Origin: a virus
Lineage: Duplodnaviria > Heunggongvirae > Uroviricota > Caudoviricetes
Virus record (IMG/VR): IMGVR_UViG_2657245439_000011
Span: 1-12,712 of that record
Reading direction: 5' to 3' (one strand)
DNA length: 12,712 nucleotides
In this document: piece by piece, positions 1 to 7,480 of the stretch
How positions within the stretch are numbered: the stretch's first letter is position 1
Layout of the letters: each line of letters opens with the position of its first letter
Made by a program: the position numbers and the translations under genes
The notes under the pieces: model-generated
What the model saw: only the letters and a program-made list of their open reading frames with translations
Database searches by the model: none
Told to the model about the DNA's origin: nothing

Positions 1-241
1 AATCAGAATGATAAAGATTCTCCAAAAAAATCTTCATGGTAACCGTCCCTCTCGAAGGATGTTTTTCAGTATCCGGCTAAAAGGGATGAGGCCATAAGAC
101 ATAACAATTACAGAAGGAGTAACTTTCATTTGTTCCATGTTAACCACTTTTTCAGGGGTCCTTTTATTAGATTATCCTGATTATAAACGAATAATCCATT
201 TACGGAATTTTTGTCTGTAAAATACTACTGTATTCAGGAGT

Positions 242-276
242 AAATGGACGGAGATGTATCATCGCCGTCCATTTTT
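242..276. terminator. Hairpin downstream of nlpC, possible bidirectional intrinsic terminator
   Basis: Stem 242-251 pairs with 265-274 (core atggacgg/ccgtccat), 13-nt loop, T-run on the plus side and A-rich on the other. Lies 8 nt downstream of the nlpC stop (284-286, minus strand). Confidence 0.45.
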
Positions 277-283
277 CGACATA

Positions 284-748
284 CTAGATTCGTCTCGCCT
301 GCCAGAAATTTTTCTGCCAATAAACATTATCGAGTGAGGAACGCATCACTCCCTTGCTGGTAGAGGCGTGGATAAATTGGTTGTTGGTATCATAAATACC
401 TACATGCAAACCATTTTGTCCGGAGCCCGTTTTGAAAAAGACCAGGTCACCAGGCAGCAACTCGTCTTTATCAATTTGCGTGCCGATAGAGGCTTGTTCT
501 TTGGTTTCTCGGGGCAGCTGCAAATCGAAACGATCGCGCATCGTCACAACCACAAACCCCGAACAGTCCACACCGCGCCGCGTCATGCCACCATAACGAT
601 ACGGCGTGCCATGCCAGCTCTGTAGCTGGTCGTTCAAACCGGCAATAACGGTAATCGAATCAGAAAGTCTGGCATTTGGCGGCGGTGCTTTATGGTGGCT
701 ACACCCGGCCAGAAACAGTGCTGTGATCAAAATAAGGCAGAAACGCAT
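284..748 (-). CDS. nlpC: NlpC/P60-family lipoprotein (cell-wall endopeptidase family)
   Basis: 154-aa ORF with ATG at 748. Signal peptide with lipobox LAGC, catalytic-Cys context DCSGFV and His context GLHVGIYD typical of NlpC/P60. Near-identical to my recollection of E. coli NlpC, and in the expected position next to btuD. Confidence 0.95.
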   Translation of the reverse strand: MRFCLILITALFLAGCSHHKAPPPNARLSDSITVIAGLNDQLQSWHGTPYRYGGMTRRGVDCSGFVVVTMRDRFDLQLPRETKEQASIGTQIDKDELLPGDLVFFKTGSGQNGLHVGIYDTNNQFIHASTSKGVMRSSLDNVYWQKNFWQARRI

Positions 749-825
749 TCCGTACGGTTCCTCTGTTTTTTATTCTTGCATTAATTTAGCGTCGTAATTA
801 CCCGATTTTCAAGATACTAATGAAA

Positions 826-1575
826 TCAGATGGTCGAAATCAGCATTCTGTGACCTTCGATATCCAGACGGCGAAAATTCATCCCATAGGCCTGCGCCAG
901 ATTTGGCGGCGTGAGCACCTCTTCCCTGCGTCCACTGGCCAGCATTTTTCCACCTTTTAGCAACCACGCCCGATGCGCATGACGCAATGTATGGTTGAGA
1001 TCGTGACTGCTCATCACAATCGCCAGTCCTTGCTGACACAGCGCGCTCAGAATTTTGTCTAATGCACTTTGTTGCGCAACATCAAGACTGTTCATAGGCT
1101 CATCAAGAAGTAGTAATTGGCCTGCGGGATTGGCTTGTGGTGTGATTTGCAGCACCACCGCAGCAAGACGTACGCGTTGCCATTCGCCGCCGGAAAGTTG
1201 ATTGGTGCTACGTCCGAGTTTGTCATCAAGAGCCAGCGCCCCTGCGACATCATTCAGTAGTTCGGTACGCGTTTTATCGTGCTGATGCAGTGTCAGGTAG
1301 TGCCAGACCGGCATTGCAAACGGCGGCGTCTGCTGTTGTGAAAGATAGGCGCGATGCAGCGCGAGTTTTGTTGCGGACCATGCTTCCAGTGGTTGCCCCG
1401 CGAACTGAATGCTTCCCTTACCGCTGGTCATTCCGGCCATTCGTGCAAGCAAGGTACTCTTACCCGCGCCGTTCGGCCCCACCAGGTGCAGGATCTCCCC
1501 AGCCCGAACCTCGCCAGAAAGCGGCCCCAGGCGGGTAGATTCCGCAACATCCTGTAACTGCATCACAATAGACAT
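826..1575 (-). CDS. btuD: Vitamin B12 ABC importer ATP-binding subunit
   Basis: 249 aa. Walker [13 protein letters not shown] signature LSGGEWQR, Walker B LLLLDEP. Start ATG shares one base with the btuE stop (TAATG), as in E. coli btuE-btuD. Confidence 0.97.
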
Positions 1576-2126
1576 TATTTTGCCAACGCCAGTTTAATGC
1601 TTTCCATCACAATGGGATCTTCCGGCGTCATATCCGGGGAAAAACGCTGGATGACCAATCCGTCCCTGCCAACTAAAAATTTCTCAAAATTCCATAAAAT
1701 ATCATCAGGGTACAGCGGTGCACGACCTTTGCTGACCATACGGGCATAGAATCCGCTCTCTTCCGGCGCGACTGCGGTCGGCGCTGCGGCAATCAATTTT
1801 TGATACAGCGGATGGCGTCCTTCGCCATTAACTTCAATCTTACTGAACATCGGGAACGTCACCCCCCATGTGGTGGTACAGTAAGTTTTAATCTCTTCAT
1901 CGCTGCCCGGTTCTTGTTCCAGAAACTGGTTGCACGGGAATCCCAGCACCACAAAACCACGATCGGCCCAGGCTTTCTGAATATTCTCCAACTGCTCATA
2001 TTGCGGCGTTAAGCCACACTTTGAGGCGACATTGACAATCAACAGCACATTACCGGCGTACTTCTCCAGCGTGGTCACTTCACCGTCGATATCTTTCACT
2101 ACGGTCGTCAGAATGGAATCTTGCAT
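1575..2126 (-). CDS. btuE: Glutathione peroxidase-family protein
   Basis: 183 aa. GPx motifs NVASKCG (peroxidatic Cys), [15 protein letters not shown]. Matches E. coli BtuE as recalled. Confidence 0.97.
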
Positions 2127-2188
2127 CGTTTCTCCTGGGTGTGGTCAGTAAAAATCTTAGCTTTTAATCATAGACCGTCTTTTTGCGG

Positions 2189-3169
2189 CTAACGTCCTGC
2201 TTTTAACAATAACCAGATAAACACCGGCGCACCCAACGTTGCGGTGACCACGCCAATAGGCAGCTCTGCGGCAGCTAATGCCAGGCGCGCTACAATATCG
2301 GCCAGCAGCAATGCGCTCGCCCCTGCCAGCGCGCAGCCGGGAAGTAATACGCGATGATCGGTTAAACCACACAGCCGGAGAATATGGGGGATCACCAGAC
2401 CAATAAAGCCGATAGCACCCGCCAGCGCCACACTGACGCCAACCATCCAGCCGGTCGCTGCCACCAACACATTGCGCCAGAACCACAGGGGTAAACCCAG
2501 TTGCCGCGCCGAGATCTCGCCAAGTGCTAACATATTCATTGGCCTGGACTGACAACAGATCCACAACAACACGGGGATCAATGCCAGCATCAGCCAGCTT
2601 TGCCGCCAGTCTACGCCGCCAAAACCGCCCATCATCCAGTACATCAGCTGACGTAAATCAACAGAGGTGGAAAAGTAGATAGCCCACGTCATTAGTGCGC
2701 TACAGATAATCCCTAATGCAACGCCAGCCAGCAATAACCGACTGGTCGAAAGATGACGACGGGCGAAACGTAAGAGTATTAAAGTGATGATAAGCGCGCC
2801 AGCAATCGCACACAGCCCCAGCGCCCAGTTGGGGAGTTGCCCTTGCCCAAGCAATACCGCGGCGATAAGCCCCACGCCTGCGCCATTAGAGACGCCAAGT
2901 AGTCCAGGTTCTGCCAGAGGATTTTCGAACAACGCCTGCATTACAGCGCCGGATATAGCCAGCGCCGCACCAACCAGCAATACAGCCAGCGTACGTGGCA
3001 GGCGAATTTGCCAGACGAACAGTTCGCCACGAGGAGTAAACCAGTCACCTGGCGAGATCCATTGTTCACCGGCGCAAAGGCTTAAGAGAAGCGCCAGCAG
3101 CATCAAAACTGACAGGCATAATAACCAGCGAATATTTTGTCGCTGTTGTTGGCGGGCAAGTGTCAGCAT
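2189..3169 (-). CDS. btuC: Vitamin B12 ABC importer permease
   Basis: 326 aa, highly hydrophobic polytopic protein, ATG at 3167-3169 (minus). Matches E. coli BtuC as recalled. Confidence 0.97.
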   Translation of the reverse strand: MLTLARQQQRQNIRWLLCLSVLMLLALLLSLCAGEQWISPGDWFTPRGELFVWQIRLPRTLAVLLVGAALAISGAVMQALFENPLAEPGLLGVSNGAGVGLIAAVLLGQGQLPNWALGLCAIAGALIITLILLRFARRHLSTSRLLLAGVALGIICSALMTWAIYFSTSVDLRQLMYWMMGGFGGVDWRQSWLMLALIPVLLWICCQSRPMNMLALGEISARQLGLPLWFWRNVLVAATGWMVGVSVALAGAIGFIGLVIPHILRLCGLTDHRVLLPGCALAGASALLLADIVARLALAAAELPIGVVTATLGAPVFIWLLLKAGR

Positions 3170-3232
3170 GGTATCCGTTCTGCTGAAGTGTCATGGCGTT
3201 GATTTTACGGTGACTCTTCGACAGTGAAAAGA

Positions 3233-3253
3233 AAAAAGGCCGCAGAGCGGCCA
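3233..3253 (-). terminator. Rho-independent terminator (minus-strand sense)
   Basis: Minus strand reads GGCCGC-tct-GCGGCC followed by TTTTTT (plus coordinates: stem 3239-3244 / 3248-3253, A-run 3233-3238). Sits between the element and the btuC start; may be the retained host terminator or the terminator of the int/orf131 transcript. Confidence 0.55.
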
Positions 3254-3358
3254 TAAACACAAACAAAAATCAATAAGTTAGATAATTATCAAAGACTTAC
3301 AGACACACAAAAACACAGCCAACCACAACAAATAACAGGGATGTGGTCACTTTGTGGA

Positions 3359-3754
3359 TCATTCGCTCCCCTCTTTTTCCTTATTTCGTTGAACGCCAAT
3401 TGCGACACACGTACTAAGCAAATCTTTACATTTCTCTACATCTTCAGACTTACGCAATTTGATGCTTTTTACAGACTGCGGGCTACTGTCCGTAGCACGA
3501 TACATCGTTATTTCAATATCATTTCGGTCTAAGAGTCCCATAATGGCTTTTGCAACCTCCACACCCTTCTTCGCGAAATCAAAGAACAGAGCAAGTTTAT
3601 ATGGATTTTCGACGGAAAAAACTTCAATTTTGCTAAAACCAACATCGTGTAGAGAAAAATATTGCTCAACCTCATCTCGAAGTTCTGGATCGCATACAAT
3701 GTCTATTCTCCAGTACTGACCTAAATGCAAATCGCTATTAACTGTTTTTTCCAC
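3359..3754 (-). CDS. Hypothetical protein, AT-rich accessory gene between int and the host junction
   Basis: ORF track gives 3359..3775 from TTG. I prefer the in-frame GTG at 3754-3752, preceded by AAGGAGG (minus strand, plus coordinates 3766-3760) at 5-nt spacing; this SD overlaps the int stop codon. Visibly more AT-rich than int. No recognisable motif and no TM segment. Confidence 0.55.
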   Translation of the reverse strand: MEKTVNSDLHLGQYWRIDIVCDPELRDEVEQYFSLHDVGFSKIEVFSVENPYKLALFFDFAKKGVEVAKAIMGLLDRNDIEITMYRATDSSPQSVKSIKLRKSEDVEKCKDLLSTCVAIGVQRNKEKEGSE

Positions 3755-3764
3755 AACATCCTCC

Positions 3765-4739
3765 TTACCCAGCAATAGGATTAAATCTCACCGCATCCTG
3801 CAAGTAATCCGGCGCAAGATGGGCATAAATCATCGTTGTCTGAATCTTTGCGTGCCCCAGAATTTTCTGGAGCGTCAGAATATTGCCGCCGTTCATCATG
3901 AAATGACTGGCGAAGGTGTGGCGCAGCGCATGAACAGCCTGGCCGTCAGGAACATCAGGTGCGACCGTTTTGATGACATCGCGAACCAATGGATAATCCA
4001 GCGTCGGAAACACCAGTTTCCCGCCCCGTTTTTTGATCTTTTCAAACAGGCTTTCAGAAATAGGAACGGTACGGTTTTTGCTGTTCTTCGTTTTTGAAAA
4101 AGTGATTCGACAATGAAGAACACGGCGCTGCTCCAGTGCCGCTACCTCGCCCCATCGCGCCCCGGTCGACAGAAGGATTTCGACAGCCAGCCGTTCATCG
4201 GGATTTTCAGCCAGTGCATCCAGCAACTGAACACATTCAGACTTACTCAGATATCCCATTTCGCGCTCGTTAACCTTCATTCCTTTAAGGCCTTGAACGG
4301 GGTTATCGTTAAGAAAATGGCCGGATGAGATGAGTGCGGTAAACATCGCGCTTAACGCCCCAATCTCTCGATTAATGGTGCTGGGCTGTATCCCCTGCTC
4401 TATCCTGGACACACGTAGCTCGGTGAGCATCGTTGTATTAAGTTTATGCACACACGGGTCATCCATTGCCTCACTCAAGCGCAGCAATTTAAGGCGCGTG
4501 TTATGCCCTGACTTCATTAGCTGGCCGTGGTATTTCCACCACAAGTCAATAAGCACCGACAGCGGACGGCGATCAATGGAGTTTCCTTTCCACTCATTGT
4601 TATGCTGTTGCGCCAGCACCCACCGCTCATATAAAACTGCATCCGATTTCGTTTTAAATTTTTTGCGAATGCGTTTGCCTTTACGCCCCTCAGGGCGCAT
4701 GTCAAGAAGATACCCTCCCGGAATTGATTTTATGCTCAT
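3765..4739 (-). CDS. int: Tyrosine recombinase, P2-type phage integrase
   Basis: Box I arginine TGARWGE, box II HALRHTFASHF, nucleophile Tyr in TTMIYAHL. N-terminus MSIKSIPGGY...GRKGKRIRKKF resembles P2 Int (recalled MAIKKL...GRNGKRIRRKF). The ORF track start (4889) is rejected in favour of ATG 4739-4737, which matches the family N-terminus and does not overlap the upstream gene. Confidence 0.93.
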   Translation of the reverse strand: MSIKSIPGGYLLDMRPEGRKGKRIRKKFKTKSDAVLYERWVLAQQHNNEWKGNSIDRRPLSVLIDLWWKYHGQLMKSGHNTRLKLLRLSEAMDDPCVHKLNTTMLTELRVSRIEQGIQPSTINREIGALSAMFTALISSGHFLNDNPVQGLKGMKVNEREMGYLSKSECVQLLDALAENPDERLAVEILLSTGARWGEVAALEQRRVLHCRITFSKTKNSKNRTVPISESLFEKIKKRGGKLVFPTLDYPLVRDVIKTVAPDVPDGQAVHALRHTFASHFMMNGGNILTLQKILGHAKIQTTMIYAHLAPDYLQDAVRFNPIAG

Positions 4740-4788
4740 TCGTGAAACCCCAGCGTTACAAGACCACCATGCCCCCAGCGTTCCATGA

Positions 4789-5100
4789 TTAACCGGGCTG
4801 TGTACCAGTCTTGCGGGATTTTTGAGAAGACGATGTGTTTTCTGGCCCATCAGGGGAGAGAGAGGGACTGATCTGCCCAGCAGCCTCATTTGTTTTTCCC
4901 GTCATAAGCCATATAGTGTATTTTTCGAAATCCTTAGAATTAATTACGCGATCAACAACGCTTAAACCAACCTCTCTTTTACCGCTCTCATAATTCTTTA
5001 TAGTTCCGAGATTTATCCCAGTAACATCTGCAAACTCAGCTTGAGTTAACCCTTCACTTTTCCGTATCTCTTTCAGTTTTTTTTCGTACCCACTTGACAT
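4789..5100 (-). CDS. XRE-family helix-turn-helix repressor, P2 C-like immunity repressor
   Basis: 103 aa, ATG 5100-5098 with GGAGA SD. HTH LTQAEFADVTGINLGTIKNYESGKR. C-terminal KYTIWLMTG...GQISPSL resembles P2 C as recalled. Placed upstream of int on the same strand and divergent from the early operon, as in P2. Confidence 0.85.
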   Translation of the reverse strand: MSSGYEKKLKEIRKSEGLTQAEFADVTGINLGTIKNYESGKREVGLSVVDRVINSKDFEKYTIWLMTGKTNEAAGQISPSLSPDGPENTSSSQKSRKTGTQPG

Positions 5101-5110
5101 GGTGGTCTCC

Positions 5111-5155
5111 AGACGACTAAATTAACCCTAAAAGTCGCCTAGAGACGACTTTTAG
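5111..5155. promoter_or_regulatory. Operator-like repeat cluster in the repressor / early-operon switch region
   Basis: Direct repeat AGACGACT at 5111-5118 and 5143-5150. Inverted repeat CTAAAAGTCG (5128-5137) / CGACTTTTAG (5146-5155) with 8-bp spacer. All within the 91-bp gap between the divergent starts at 5100 and 5192. Confidence 0.4.
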
Positions 5156-5191
5156 CAACAAATAACCACAGACTGAACAGGTTATCACATC

Positions 5192-5470
5192 ATGACAAAG
5201 CTCTTGAACACATACGAGCAAGCGGATTTTGAGCGTTTGGCGGCGTTCTACCCATACCGCGATGAGCATGGATTACCGGTACTCGAAGAAAGCCTGAAAG
5301 ATTACGCGAAGCGTACCAATCAAACTGTTAATGCAGTGAAAAGGCAGGCTGACAGAGCAGCCCTTCCCATCAACCAAGAAGAAAAAAACTCAAAACGTAC
5401 AGTAAATCTCTTCGCAATTTTCCTGAAAACCATCAGAAACGCAGAGAAATATGTGCAGATGACAAAATAA
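5192..5470 (+). CDS. Small early protein, possibly a Cox/Apl-like regulator
   Basis: 92 aa, first gene of the early operon, divergent from the repressor (the position of P2 cox / 186 apl). Segment YAKRTNQTVNAVKRQADRAALP loosely resembles the P2 Cox HTH region as recalled. Weak SD. Confidence 0.5.
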   Translation: MTKLLNTYEQADFERLAAFYPYRDEHGLPVLEESLKDYAKRTNQTVNAVKRQADRAALPINQEEKNSKRTVNLFAIFLKTIRNAEKYVQMTK

Positions 5471-5484
5471 CGAGGTGTCATTTT

Positions 5485-5823
5485 ATGCTGAAGCAACGCC
5501 GTAATTTTCGCACCGAAACGGAACGCCAAGCTAACCGTTTCGCTACCAGCGCATCACGCAGCAACATCCGCTACAGCCTGAGCGAGACGCACGCAACGCC
5601 AGATGGCCATACAGTAAAACAAATTGGCGAACACACCTGGCTGATTGAAAAAGCTGGAATCGTGGTTCACAGATGCCAACGCAACCCATTTACCGGAAAC
5701 CGCATTTTTGCTCTGAGCAACGGCGACACTCAGTTTGGACAGGATTTCACATTGTACGAAGCACTTCGCACGGTTGATCGTCTGCTTCGCGGGCAAAGTT
5801 TTATTAAACAGACTGATTTATAA
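5485..5823 (+). CDS. Hypothetical early protein (112 aa)
   Basis: ATG 5485 preceded by GAGGTG SD; begins 14 nt after the previous stop. No recognisable motif. Confidence 0.55.
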   Translation: MLKQRRNFRTETERQANRFATSASRSNIRYSLSETHATPDGHTVKQIGEHTWLIEKAGIVVHRCQRNPFTGNRIFALSNGDTQFGQDFTLYEALRTVDRLLRGQSFIKQTDL

Positions 5824-5833
5824 CAGGTGCGTT

Positions 5834-6112
5834 ATGACCAAAGAGCATGCACAAGGTGTATTTATCCGTTTTATTGATTTTCGCGGTGAACTGTTATTGC
5901 GCGCATCAGCTATTGATGGAGTTGTCCCATCAGAAAAAAATGCAGCTACTTACGTTTATCTGAACGGCACGCGCCTGACCGTAGAACTTCCGTACCAGAC
6001 TGTACACGGAATCATTAGCGAAGCTGAAAAAGCACGTAAGATTAATGGCGATGAACCCTATATCGAAATTATTTGTATGGATTCAGAAGCTGAAATTCAG
6101 AAAGCAGATTAA
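5834..6112 (+). CDS. Hypothetical early protein (92 aa)
   Basis: The ORF track starts at 5735 and overlaps the previous gene; the ATG at 5834 with AGGTG SD, 10 nt after the upstream stop, is the more plausible start. Confidence 0.55.
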   Translation: MTKEHAQGVFIRFIDFRGELLLRASAIDGVVPSEKNAATYVYLNGTRLTVELPYQTVHGIISEAEKARKINGDEPYIEIICMDSEAEIQKAD

Positions 6113-6123
6113 AGGGCGTTGCG

Positions 6124-6366
6124 ATGGGCAAAGAATATAAAACTCTCATTAACAAAGCACTTGAGCGTTTTTATTTTCGCTTAAGTGCATCAGGTGCTCA
6201 TGCTGAACGTGCAGCCCGTGACTCATTGACCAGGGCAATCCGGAGTCTGTATGACGTGGCTTTTTACGCTGATGATCTGGATGCACTTAACGAACTTTCC
6301 GAGCTGATCTGTGCCGCAGAATGCGGGGAGCATATTGAACCGTATAAGCTGGGGAATATTGCATGA
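6124..6366 (+). CDS. Hypothetical early protein (80 aa)
   Basis: ATG 6124; tightly packed in the operon; its stop overlaps the next start as ATGA. Confidence 0.5.
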   Translation: MGKEYKTLINKALERFYFRLSASGAHAERAARDSLTRAIRSLYDVAFYADDLDALNELSELICAAECGEHIEPYKLGNIA

Positions 6367-6476
6367 GTATATTTATCTCATGGCTTGTCCTGATTATTTC
6401 GGTGGTCTGCGCCATTGGGATTATGCAAATTATTCATTCAGTAAAAAAGATTGAACGCATTTTCACTGGCGAATAA
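6363..6476 (+). CDS. Small hydrophobic peptide (37 aa), predicted single-pass membrane peptide
   Basis: Not in the ORF track. ATG 6363 overlaps the stop of the upstream ORF (ATGA). Translation MSIFISWLVLIISVVCAIGIMQIIHSVKKIERIFTGE: a hydrophobic stretch of about 20 residues followed by a basic tail. Confidence 0.35.
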   Translation: MSIFISWLVLIISVVCAIGIMQIIHSVKKIERIFTGE

Positions 6477-6563
6477 CAGCGCAAATAAAAACCCTAGGTT
6501 AAATAAGAAAATGTAAAAACAATCCGCATTCGCGGAGGTATTCGCACACGCCCAGGAGGCGTA

Positions 6564-6767
6564 ATGGCAATTAAGCATTTTCCTGTCGTTCGTTTCACTT
6601 CCAGAGGACGTGAATACGAAGTCGACGAACGCCTGATTACCACAATCGACAAACACCGCTCAGAAAAGGATGCACACCACATCTATCTCACTGACGGTAC
6701 TTACTTCTGCGCCACTAATGTGGCGCGGGTGAATCTTATCCGACAGGTACAGGATCCTCGCAAATGA
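6564..6767 (+). CDS. Hypothetical early protein (67 aa)
   Basis: Strong RBS: AGGAGG at 6554-6559, 4 nt before ATG 6564. Stop overlaps the next start as ATGA. Confidence 0.55.
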   Translation: MAIKHFPVVRFTSRGREYEVDERLITTIDKHRSEKDAHHIYLTDGTYFCATNVARVNLIRQVQDPRK

Positions 6768-6982
6768 GCAGGAGAAGAATCACTCGCAGACATCACCGCA
6801 CACACCTGAATTCCTCAGCAACGCTAAAGGCACTTATTCAAAGCGAGATCGGTGATTTCTTCGCGGGAGTTGGCTCACTAGGTGAACCAGAAACACCAGA
6901 AGCGATGCAGCGTGAGCTCATGATACGCATAGATAACACTTTTGATTTCTTCTACAGCATGCACGGAATTAAACAGAAATGA
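6764..6982 (+). CDS. Hypothetical early protein (72 aa), basic N-terminus
   Basis: ATG 6764 overlaps the upstream TGA (translational coupling). Arg/His-rich N-terminus RRRITRRHHRTH. Confidence 0.45.
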   Translation: MSRRRITRRHHRTHLNSSATLKALIQSEIGDFFAGVGSLGEPETPEAMQRELMIRIDNTFDFFYSMHGIKQK

Positions 6983-7090
6983 ACCTCAAGCCAGCAATAA
7001 CTACTCGTAGAACGCCAATTTCTGTAACCGACCGCTTCTGAGTTTTTTGGCAGGAAGCCTTCGCACATCCTTAGTAGAGAGAATTGCAGC

Positions 7091-7480
7091 ATGATTGACG
7101 CTCATGACTTCACAAGATGGGTGCGCACACAGGACACCCGTCTGGCTCCCATTCTTCGGGGATTATTTGATCTCTACATTCGTGGTCGTGACAACAGAGC
7201 ACGCACCACAAAACCGGAGAATGTGGATACCCTTTATTTCACAGTAGACGACTGCTACCGCGTGGACTTCACACCACACGGACTGGCGTTGCACTGCCTG
7301 ACACCGCACGGCGAATCACTGCTGGCGTATTACGACTCCCCGGCCTCCGTATTTGCGGCAATGCTGGCGCATCGCACTGCTGGCGGGTGTGTCTCGCTGA
7401 GTGAATACACCGCTGAATTTAACCGCCTTTCCACCATCTTCTTGCAGGAGTGGCAGCGCGTGACGGGATACCAGCCATGA
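7091..7480 (+). CDS. Hypothetical early protein (129 aa) immediately upstream of the replication gene
   Basis: ATG 7091; stop TGA 7478-7480 overlaps the ATG (7477) of the replication initiator. Confidence 0.55.
   Translation: MIDAHDFTRWVRTQDTRLAPILRGLFDLYIRGRDNRARTTKPENVDTLYFTVDDCYRVDFTPHGLALHCLTPHGESLLAYYDSPASVFAAMLAHRTAGGCVSLSEYTAEFNRLSTIFLQEWQRVTGYQP

Noticed and set aside
368-3266. Alternate-frame ORFs overlapping nlpC, btuD and btuC (368..625, 606..797, 809..1039, 1290..1538, 1354..1557, 1409..1597, 1800..2012, 2157..2564, 2784..3227, 3066..3266)
   Set aside because: They overlap well-known conserved host genes whose products match E. coli proteins essentially residue for residue; shadow frames.
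3341-3719. Plus-strand ORFs 3341..3532 and 3459..3719 antisense to the AT-rich 131-aa gene
   Set aside because: Shorter, Ser-rich low-complexity products with no RBS; the minus-strand frame is longer and has a strong SD. This remains the least certain strand call in the window.
3819-4788. Plus- and minus-strand ORFs inside the integrase gene (3819..4097, 3896..4123, 4113..4328, 4330..4788, 4517..4705)
   Set aside because: They overlap a confidently identified tyrosine recombinase; no motifs or RBS.
3765-4889. ORF-track extents for the integrase (start 4889) and the 138-aa ORF (TTG at 3775)
   Set aside because: The track evidently allows GTG/TTG starts and takes the longest frame. For int, the ATG at 4739 matches the P2 Int N-terminus and avoids a 100-nt overlap with the repressor gene. 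For the 138-aa ORF, the GTG at 3754 has a near-perfect SD at ideal spacing, which the TTG lacks.
5320-6682. Minus-strand ORFs antisense to the early operon (5320..5529, 5554..5796, 6438..6656, 6494..6682)
   Set aside because: The plus-strand genes form a tightly spaced, RBS-supported, translationally coupled operon; the antisense frames lack starts with RBS.
6983-7090. Imperfect hairpin GCTTCTG-agttttttgg-CAGGAAGC in the gap before the 129-aa ORF, considered as a terminator
   Set aside because: The stem is short and imperfect, the T-run sits in the loop rather than after the stem, and downstream genes appear co-transcribed. More likely incidental or a weak attenuator; not reported as a feature.
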